DNA of 64,000 bases from a virus (lineage: Duplodnaviria > Caudoviricetes): the IMG/VR virus record IMGVR_UViG_3300034065_000151, positions 1 to 64,000 of that record; one strand, written 5' to 3'. The notes under the pieces are model-generated. The model was not told the origin of the DNA. It made no database searches and worked only from the letters and a program-made list of their open reading frames with translations. Shown piece by piece: positions 56,586 through 64,000 of this stretch (position 1 is its first letter; each line of letters begins with the position of its first letter). Position numbers and translations under genes: made by a program.

Positions 56586-58448
56586 TTAACTTGGTAAGGC
56601 TGTAGTCAAGGCTAATACTCGGATTGGGATGTAGATGAATTCAGTTGAAGTAACTGCATGAATAGCAACATCCATAAACATTTCATTTGCTTGAACAACA
56701 CTTGGTGGGTTATTTGATGAATTACATAAAGTAACGAAGTCATACAAACCACGTAAAGCCATGATACCGTTCAAGAAGCCATCAGCAGATGCTTTAAGGT
56801 TACCTTGGGTAATAACATCATTTGGTTCAAATACGAATGGGAATGAACCCTTACGAAGTTGACGTTTGATGTACATAACAAGACGAACCACATTAATACG
56901 ATCTAATGCTGAAGCTGCACCTTGTGAAGTCTTATTACCCCAAACAATCATACCTTGTCCTGGGAAGAACACGATAGGATTAATATTTGTTGGATACTGA
57001 TAAAGATTATCACGTTGACCTTGATTCAAATATGACTGAGTGAATGTGGTTGCTGTACCAAGAGTACCGGATACATAACCCAAATCAGAAACACCAGTAA
57101 CTGTACCACGTGTCAAACCTGCTGGAGCAAACCAAACATATGATTGATTATCACTGAAAGCATAAGTTCTTAATGCAATACCAGATGGAGCGATCGCAAC
57201 TAATGTACCATCAAGATTTGCTGCAAGACCCCATGGGTAGTAATAACCAATATTTGAAGAAGCAGCACGAGCAGCAGTCAATGCCCAATTAGCAGCTTGA
57301 TCTGGTGTTAAGTTACATGGAACTTCAGAAATTGTAAAGGCTTCATCATTGATTTCATCTGAAAGAGCTAACATATCAGTTGCAACTTCTGGATAACCAG
57401 GACATACAATAAGATTGTACTCATACAATTCAGAACGGACCAATGTGTTGCTATTGATTTCTGCAGCTAATGCAGTAACAATTGAAACACGTTTAGCAGC
57501 ATCATTTGCACCCAATGGGTTAAACAAATTAACTTGTGATAAAGTGATCTGAAATTCTGCGTTCACACCAAATGGTACTGAACCTTCAGTAATAAGAAAA
57601 TCAATTTGACTGTTACTAAATGGTGAACCAGCTGTTGCTGTACCACTTGGACCAGATACTGAACCTGTTACTGAGAATGTTGCTGGAGTCGCACCAACAG
57701 TAATTGATGTACATACAACTGACCAGATTTCAGGAATAACAGCAGATGCTGGAGTAATACCAGTCATGTTGCCATTGCCAGTTCCAGTGAATGAACTTGG
57801 AGCATATACTAAATCAAACTGGAAATAGTCATCACCAGAATATGGTGTTGAACCAGCATTGATAGTAAAGTTAACAGTAGTAGAAGTAAATGGGGTACCA
57901 ACGATACCTGTACCGATAATACCAGCATTAACACCTTGAACAGTGAAAGCAGTTGAAGAATTCATTACAACTTGAATTGTATCTAATTGAACAAATGCTG
58001 AAGTTGCTGTAATACCAGTGATTGTACCATTACCTACACCAACAAAAGTAGGTGTGTCATATGTTGGAACACCAGCACTAATAAATGTTTTTGCTGCATC
58101 AGTAAGGTCAATGTTAGCACGGACAACATATGCAAGATTACCAACTCCTATGAATTGATTCAATGCAAACAATCCGTATTCATTACGTGCATCACCGTGG
58201 AATTGATTTCCAGATGAATCGGCCATGAAATGTGGATTACCGTATAATTGAACGCTCTGACCAAGTGAAGTAACTGTGCGGATTACACCGTTTTCAGTCG
58301 TACCTGCAGCTGATGAAACACCATCAGGCTGTAATTTATTTGCCTGAGTAGCTATGAAAAGTAATGGAACAGTAGGTGCACTGGCCGGAATATAAAAACT
58401 CTGATCCGTTACGGGTACTGAAACTCCAGGTGATACAAGTGTAGCCAT
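56586..58448 (-). CDS. contractile tail sheath protein (gp18-like)
   Basis: LVSPGV, WFAPAG.TRG, RD.LY...INPI, GNKT, LDRINV.RL, FEPND, EFIYIP. Confidence 0.95.
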   Translation of the reverse strand: MATLVSPGVSVPVTDQSFYIPASAPTVPLLFIATQANKLQPDGVSSAAGTTENGVIRTVTSLGQSVQLYGNPHFMADSSGNQFHGDARNEYGLFALNQFIGVGNLAYVVRANIDLTDAAKTFISAGVPTYDTPTFVGVGNGTITGITATSAFVQLDTIQVVMNSSTAFTVQGVNAGIIGTGIVGTPFTSTTVNFTINAGSTPYSGDDYFQFDLVYAPSSFTGTGNGNMTGITPASAVIPEIWSVVCTSITVGATPATFSVTGSVSGPSGTATAGSPFSNSQIDFLITEGSVPFGVNAEFQITLSQVNLFNPLGANDAAKRVSIVTALAAEINSNTLVRSELYEYNLIVCPGYPEVATDMLALSDEINDEAFTISEVPCNLTPDQAANWALTAARAASSNIGYYYPWGLAANLDGTLVAIAPSGIALRTYAFSDNQSYVWFAPAGLTRGTVTGVSDLGYVSGTLGTATTFTQSYLNQGQRDNLYQYPTNINPIVFFPGQGMIVWGNKTSQGAASALDRINVVRLVMYIKRQLRKGSFPFVFEPNDVITQGNLKASADGFLNGIMALRGLYDFVTLCNSSNNPPSVVQANEMFMDVAIHAVTSTEFIYIPIRVLALTTALPS

Positions 58449-58574
58449 TTTAATAACTCCCTATGAATATGGTTATAATGCTAGAAAGAGCTGTAAATAG
58501 TTCAATTTCTATCATTCTTACTTATATTTAGAAAAAAAGACTAAAATTCTTCAAAAAACTTGAGGACTTTCAGC

Positions 58575-59321
58575 TTATCCGGTAATTGTGGTATTGCCAA
58601 AACTGAAACCTGGTGCAAACGGAATTGATTGTCCATTCTCATCAAACTCATTAAACTGTAATCCAGCTGTATCACCCATCCTGATTGTGATTGATCTGAC
58701 AATTTCATTTTTAATATCCATTGGGGCAGATATATAAATTGGTATCTCAAATGCTAAGGACCATAAAATAATTCTACGATCGCCACCAGGAGGATAGTTT
58801 TCTTCATTTGTCATCCCGGTTAATTCAACTGTAGTAATCTTTGTCCAATCAAAAGCCACATCATTAATCTGTATCTGTAATACTGGATCAAACATCATCA
58901 TCAATTGTTCTAATATCTGATGCATTTGCTGTTGATTAGAAGCATATATCGATAACTCACAATTCATAATATATGGAATCGGCATTACTCTTTCAGCAAC
59001 TCTTAAATCATCAGGGAATACTCCACCTTCAGGTAAGTAAGTTTTACGATCTATTACACCAATACCTTTTCTATGTGGAGCCATATTAAGACCTGTCATA
59101 GATAAAGCCATTTGTGGTAATGAGAAAGGTTTATTCTGGGTATTACCAGCACCAATAGCAGCAACCACTCGGTCACGACTACCAAGACTAATTGGTACGG
59201 TCATCATTTCTGCTTCACCACAAGTACCTTTACCTGTTTGAACTTGTAAACCTGCAAAGACATTTGCTACTTGTAATAAGTATTTTCTGATTTGACCATC
59301 ATAATAATAAAAATTAATCAT
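58575..59321 (-). CDS. tail sheath stabiliser/terminator (gp15-like)
   Basis: YYYD.QIR.Y...F, VPI, LP.M, P.PY....ELSI....Q..QI.EQ....F.P. Confidence 0.8.
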   Translation of the reverse strand: MINFYYYDGQIRKYLLQVANVFAGLQVQTGKGTCGEAEMMTVPISLGSRDRVVAAIGAGNTQNKPFSLPQMALSMTGLNMAPHRKGIGVIDRKTYLPEGGVFPDDLRVAERVMPIPYIMNCELSIYASNQQQMHQILEQLMMMFDPVLQIQINDVAFDWTKITTVELTGMTNEENYPPGGDRRIILWSLAFEIPIYISAPMDIKNEIVRSITIRMGDTAGLQFNEFDENGQSIPFAPGFSFGNTTITG

Positions 59322-61228
59322 ACTTTCCCTCCTAATGGGACTCGTGTTGCTGATTGCATAATACTTCTGATTGAAGGTTTTGCAGATGTGTATAAACCAC
59401 GTTTGTCTTGTTCTAAGAATAACCAAGCATTTTTAACTGTTGAGAAACGATATAAACGTGGTGCAATAACAGTTTCAGGTGGATAATATAAACGGAAATA
59501 AGCACCATCAGCAACACCTGCGATTGGTGGTAAAGTATAACCTTCAGTATATGGTTCTCCATTTTTTGGCAAACCATCTTCAATATACAAGTTAGGTGTG
59601 CTTCCAACTGGAGCAGATAGTGGTTGACCAGATGGATTTCTAGGAGGTGGAGCAATATACTCTACAATACCTGCAATTTCCTGTCTATCATCGGAACCAA
59701 CTTCTGGAACAGCATCAGCTGCATTCTTGATTATCTCTTCTGTATTGGTTAATGGTAATGTATCAATTTGCTGACCTACACCATTTGTAAACAATGCATC
59801 AGCAATTAAATATTTCTGAGTATCCATCGTACCAAAAATATCTCTGGTTTCCTGTGATGGTAATGCTTGCTGACCTGAAAAACGATAAGTGGTTGGGTTA
59901 TACAATGGACCAAATCCAGAACTCTGCCAAGCAGCATCAGTTACTTCCAAGAACTTACGGATAGGTAATAAGTTCTGATCATATTGCATCTCTGGTATAA
60001 CTTCAATAATATCTCCAACAACTATAGGACGACCTAAAGCTTTTACCATAGTTGCAAAGGAAACAACAAATGTATATTGTTCGAGAATATTAAGACCGAA
60101 GCGGGCAAGGTCACTAACAGAGTCTGCTGGTGAATATTGGGCTTTAAGTGGGATTGGAACCAATCCATATTCACGATCACGATTTTCATTAAAGAATAAA
60201 TCTTGAATATTATTAATTGTGGTTGGCATTTCATCAAGTACATCAAATGCAACTACTTCCCAGCTACCAGTTCCAGTGAACATGGTAGGGGTTACCATAA
60301 TAGCTTTAACTTTTAATAAAGTATTAAGATTAAGAGTTTGTGGTAATGGTGATTGAACCATATTATATAAACCAACACGTTTCCAATTATAATTAAGTGG
60401 AACCATAAACATATCACCAACAGCAAAGGGAGTCGATCCAGAAGCTATTGTTAAATTAAGGAAGGTACTATAAAATGGAATATCAGATGTCAAGGTTCCC
60501 AAATTAATAGTTGTACTATCAGGCAAGGTAGCATACACATTAAAGGTCATTGAAGAAATTGCAACTATATTAATAACACTTTGAGTTGCATCAGAACCAA
60601 TACCATTAGTAGTAAGTACACCATTACCGGTTCCAGAAAAGAAAGTAATGCCGGGAGATACATCTCCAGAAGTAATTTCAACTTTAACCTGTTGTGCAAA
60701 TTGACCAGGGTTATTTGATTGTGTTAAATTGATAGCACCAACACTTACCCATTTTTGAGCTTCTGGTTCATATTCAGTACGACCATTAGCAAGTAATTTA
60801 ATACCAAAGTCAACACCGACATAAGCAGTATTAGTAACTGCAGAACCTTGTTGGGAAGACCACCATGATTGTCCTGGTTGATTTAAACCAGTTAATGGAT
60901 AACCTGGATATGAGGTAGAACCAATTATGCGGCCTTGTGATAATACAGAACCATTTCCTTGTTGGTGAATACCAAGTAAAGGATAGATATTAAGGGGAGC
61001 ACCTGAAATATTAATAGTTTCAGCAACATAAGTCTGCTGATTGAGTGCTTCATTTTGTGCACATATATCTGGGTTAATACCTGTAATCTGCCAGTCACCA
61101 ATCGGTAAGGCAGGTGGAACATATGGTTTTAATGCAGTATTATTCAAACCAGTTTGAGCTGGAGGTGCATTGGGATTGTTTAAACTACCCCCACCATTTT
61201 CACAAGGTAATGTTGGTTGTTGTATCAT
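59318..61228 (-). CDS. neck protein (gp14-like) with inserted domains
   Basis: IQDL.F.ENRDR.Y, DL.RFGL, LGR..VGD.IE; position before gp15. Confidence 0.7.
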   Translation of the reverse strand: MIQQPTLPCENGGGSLNNPNAPPAQTGLNNTALKPYVPPALPIGDWQITGINPDICAQNEALNQQTYVAETINISGAPLNIYPLLGIHQQGNGSVLSQGRIIGSTSYPGYPLTGLNQPGQSWWSSQQGSAVTNTAYVGVDFGIKLLANGRTEYEPEAQKWVSVGAINLTQSNNPGQFAQQVKVEITSGDVSPGITFFSGTGNGVLTTNGIGSDATQSVINIVAISSMTFNVYATLPDSTTINLGTLTSDIPFYSTFLNLTIASGSTPFAVGDMFMVPLNYNWKRVGLYNMVQSPLPQTLNLNTLLKVKAIMVTPTMFTGTGSWEVVAFDVLDEMPTTINNIQDLFFNENRDREYGLVPIPLKAQYSPADSVSDLARFGLNILEQYTFVVSFATMVKALGRPIVVGDIIEVIPEMQYDQNLLPIRKFLEVTDAAWQSSGFGPLYNPTTYRFSGQQALPSQETRDIFGTMDTQKYLIADALFTNGVGQQIDTLPLTNTEEIIKNAADAVPEVGSDDRQEIAGIVEYIAPPPRNPSGQPLSAPVGSTPNLYIEDGLPKNGEPYTEGYTLPPIAGVADGAYFRLYYPPETVIAPRLYRFSTVKNAWLFLEQDKRGLYTSAKPSIRSIMQSATRVPLGGKV

Positions 61229-62115
61229 TCGTCACTTTCTTCATAATCTTTCGGATCATGTTTTACATACCATTGCTTTGGGATATATTCTTTTACAAAT
61301 TCTTCTAGGGCATCATTTTGTGCCATACGACGAAGAAGTCCTTCAAATCTCAAAAAGGCACATTTACCTTGTACCCAGATTTCATTATCGTGACCACCAA
61401 ATGAAGCAGAACCTGAAACAACATGACTAAAACCGTTCTTGGTAGGATCCATTCCATTTTCAAAAAGATCATATAGTGTTCTAAACCCATGAGTTTTAAA
61501 TGCTTGAAGGTATTTTTTCCATTCTTCACGTTTACCGGTTTCAGTATTTAAATCATCTATTAATTCAAAGGTAACTCTTTTTAAACAGCTACATAAAGCT
61601 GCATAGTTTTTATGAGCCATATTATATTCAGACAAATGCTCACGCTTATTTGCGGCCATAATAAGGTCTTGAACATCAGACATAAAACCATCCATACTTC
61701 TACCGGTCATGCGATCGATATAATCAAAGCCATACCATAAATCATCACCAGCAATGATACCAATTTCTGAACCATCTGCTGGAATAATTAAATGGACATT
61801 ACCAAAACCACCTGCCATATCATTGTTAGTACTACAAATATAAGACTTAGAACGTTTCGGATAATCTTTCCATGCAGGATTGTTATCCATCCAAATTGTG
61901 TAATAGTTTACAGTATTGGCGGATTCCCGATTTAAACTGTTAGTATCAAAAACCCCCATTTTTATGCTCATTGGCATACCACGAAATATAGGACTCTTTT
62001 TAATCTGTGGTAGATATTTTGAGGCATTAGTTTCACACCACTTCACAAACAGATCGGGTTCCATCTCGGTGTGGGCAAACTGGTCTTCATTTAAAAATTG
62101 TTTGAATGTTATCAT
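61225..62115 (-). CDS. family A putative ADP-ribosyltransferase with CTS-like leader
   Basis: MITFKQFLNE; IFRGM..NYYTIWMDNNP.W..YPKRSKSYICST..NEIWVQG. Confidence 0.62.
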   Translation of the reverse strand: MITFKQFLNEDQFAHTEMEPDLFVKWCETNASKYLPQIKKSPIFRGMPMSIKMGVFDTNSLNRESANTVNYYTIWMDNNPAWKDYPKRSKSYICSTNNDMAGGFGNVHLIIPADGSEIGIIAGDDLWYGFDYIDRMTGRSMDGFMSDVQDLIMAANKREHLSEYNMAHKNYAALCSCLKRVTFELIDDLNTETGKREEWKKYLQAFKTHGFRTLYDLFENGMDPTKNGFSHVVSGSASFGGHDNEIWVQGKCAFLRFEGLLRRMAQNDALEEFVKEYIPKQWYVKHDPKDYEESDE

Positions 62116-62957
62116 TATCTATCCAACATGTATTTAGTCATAAAATCTTCGAGTACTTCATTGTCACTTTCTTCAAGGCCATCTTCACTATATTTAAGGA
62201 TGCCACAAGTACCTTGAATCCATACTTCTTTGCTAGGACCTGGATTTTTATAGGTTGCTCCAGTTTCAACATCAAAGCCATTTTGTAATGGGTTGAAACC
62301 TAACTGCATTAAATCAAATAAGTTGTCACAGCCACTACGTTCAAAAGCAAGTAAGAAGTGTTCAAAATCTTTTTTTCTTGTTAGGTTTTTGGTAAGGTTT
62401 TTTAATGTTACTTTTTTCAAACACTTAACCAATGCTTTATAATCCATTTGAGCATTTTTAAATTCTTCTGTTTCTTCACTATCTAATTTCATTACCAGAT
62501 GAATCCAGCTATTAAAATTATCAAGGGTGGAATAGTTACCCATACCCATTTTCTTAAACAAGTATTTAAAGGACATCCACAAATCATATTCTGGACAGAT
62601 ACCAATCTTGGCATTATCAGCAGGGATAATTAAAAACGTATTATCATTACCATAGCTACTAGCAGTAGTTAAATTGGTAGAACAGATAAAAGACTTAGAA
62701 CGCTTCGGATACTCTTTCCAAGCTGGATTGTTATCAATCCAAATTGTGTAATAATTTAAAGAGTTAGCAGACTTACGGTTTAAACCATTAGTATCTGAAA
62801 TTCCCACTTTGGTTTCACCAGGCATACCACGATAGATATGTTTGTCCTTAGCACCATTTAAATAGGCACTAGCATTAGTTTCACACCACTTAACAAACTC
62901 TTCTGGTGAAACATCTCTAGTAATATCTCCATTAATAAACTGTTTAAATGATATCAT
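62115..62957 (-). CDS. family A paralog (leader lacks Glu10)
   Basis: MISFKQFING; IYRGM..YPKRSKSFICST..KEVWIQG. Confidence 0.62.
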   Translation of the reverse strand: MISFKQFINGDITRDVSPEEFVKWCETNASAYLNGAKDKHIYRGMPGETKVGISDTNGLNRKSANSLNYYTIWIDNNPAWKEYPKRSKSFICSTNLTTASSYGNDNTFLIIPADNAKIGICPEYDLWMSFKYLFKKMGMGNYSTLDNFNSWIHLVMKLDSEETEEFKNAQMDYKALVKCLKKVTLKNLTKNLTRKKDFEHFLLAFERSGCDNLFDLMQLGFNPLQNGFDVETGATYKNPGPSKEVWIQGTCGILKYSEDGLEESDNEVLEDFMTKYMLDR

Positions 62958-63898
62958 TTAAAACTCACATGATCAAAGTGTTTCTTTAGGAATTCATTAA
63001 TAACATCATGTTGTTTAATTATCTTGCCACCCATTGGATTTTCTTCTTCATCTTCTTCAGTCTCATCATTTTCATCTTCACTCTCAATTTTAAGAATGGC
63101 ACAATTTCCCTGAATCCAAACCTCTTGATTTGTTGGGGGTGGACGATATCCATGACCAGTATAAACTTTAAACTTGTTTACTTTTGGATCAAAGCCTTTC
63201 TGGAATACTTCATACATACTTGTGTAGCCATATTTTTCAAAGACTTTAACAGCATCCATAAATCCGCCTTTTGTTTTTTGATTGGCTTCTTTAAGTGACT
63301 CTAAAGTAACTCGCTTTAAACAACTACATAAGGCGGCATAATCATTTTCTATGTTCTTATAATCTGGATCATTCTCACCTAATACTGCTTCAAACATTTT
63401 TTGAAAATCATTCATATATTCTTCTAATGTTCCACGATATTTTGGATCAGCATCAAATATTTTATCCAACTGTTTAAAGCCATACCATAAATCTATCTCA
63501 GGACATACACCCATTTTGGCATCATCTGCCGGGATAATTAAAAAAGTACTTCCATAACCCATCTCGGAAGCACTATTAAAAGAAGTAGCACAACATAAGG
63601 ATTTGGAACGCTTTGGATAATTTTTCCATTCAGGATTATTATCCATCCAAATAGTATAGTAGTTATAAGTGTTCAATGATTTACGGTTCAATTTGTTAGT
63701 ATCACAAAGACCAATCTTAATATCTTCTGGCATACCACGAAAAAGCATTTTATCTTTGGAACCCTTAAGATAATGAGTAGCATTGGTCTCGCACCATTTT
63801 ACAAAGGCTTCAGGGCTTATAGATTGTGTAACCCCTTTAGCTGGGCCATATCTACTTGCTGATATGTCTTCATTTAAGAACTGTTTAAATGTTATCAT
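62954..63898 (-). CDS. family A paralog
   Basis: MITFKQFLNE; LFRGM..YPKRSKSLCCAT..QEVWIQG. Confidence 0.62.
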   Translation of the reverse strand: MITFKQFLNEDISASRYGPAKGVTQSISPEAFVKWCETNATHYLKGSKDKMLFRGMPEDIKIGLCDTNKLNRKSLNTYNYYTIWMDNNPEWKNYPKRSKSLCCATSFNSASEMGYGSTFLIIPADDAKMGVCPEIDLWYGFKQLDKIFDADPKYRGTLEEYMNDFQKMFEAVLGENDPDYKNIENDYAALCSCLKRVTLESLKEANQKTKGGFMDAVKVFEKYGYTSMYEVFQKGFDPKVNKFKVYTGHGYRPPPTNQEVWIQGNCAILKIESEDENDETEEDEEENPMGGKIIKQHDVINEFLKKHFDHVSFK

Positions 63899-63900
63899 TA

Positions 63901-64000
63901 TTATCCAATAAAAATACTTGAATTACCAGCAGCTGTTCCATTACCAATTTCATAGTCAGTAATCTGGCGACGAAGTTCAGCTTTTTTCTCGGTTGCCATT
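63901..64000 (-). CDS. C-terminal end of a probable neck protein (gp13-like), truncated by the window edge
   Basis: ..EKKAELRRQITDYEIGNG....SIFIG*; ends in a gp13-like FIG and lies upstream of the gp14-like gene. Confidence 0.55.
   Translation of the reverse strand, partial: MATEKKAELRRQITDYEIGNGTAAGNSSIFIG

Noticed and set aside
585-63298. Numerous short plus-strand and alternate-frame ORFs in the ORF track
   Set aside because: They lie antisense to or within well-supported genes and show no motifs; treated as shadow ORFs (except 19384-20013).
1-64000. CRISPR array, tRNA or rRNA genes
   Set aside because: No regularly spaced repeats or cloverleafs seen by eye; intergenic space is minimal. 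The leader repeats are coding and irregularly spaced.

Overview
A 64-kb segment of an AT-rich, T4-related (myovirus, probably jumbo) bacteriophage genome in the standard genetic code. Nearly all genes are on the minus strand. In transcription order (right to left): neck/tail module (gp13 end, gp14, gp15, sheath gp18, tube gp19, two gp4-like nucleases, small terminase-like gene); a large terminase split into two genes carrying the halves of an atypically split intein, flanking a nonsense-interrupted endonuclease; small early genes; gp32/UvsX/UvsY/UvsW; GH108 endolysin; class II RNR plus glutaredoxin; fibre genes; an Acb1-like 2H phosphoesterase; Thg1; UvrD; dCMP deaminase; GroES; clamp loader; a two-gene minimal DnaE; a GIY-YIG endonuclease; an HslV-like peptidase; and a CCA-adding enzyme. 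The most striking feature is two arrays (41.9-52.7 kb and 61.2-63.9 kb), inserted between normally adjacent morphogenesis genes. They hold 15 genes whose otherwise diverse products share a 10-aa N-terminal leader (M-I-T-F-K-Q-F-L-N-E) resembling the T4 internal-protein capsid targeting sequence. About 11 of these cargoes look like ADP-ribosyltransferase-fold proteins, alongside GNAT, ParB-like and kinase cargoes. My inference is a modular, virion-packaged and injected effector arsenal. All family calls come from motif recognition by eye; no searches were run.
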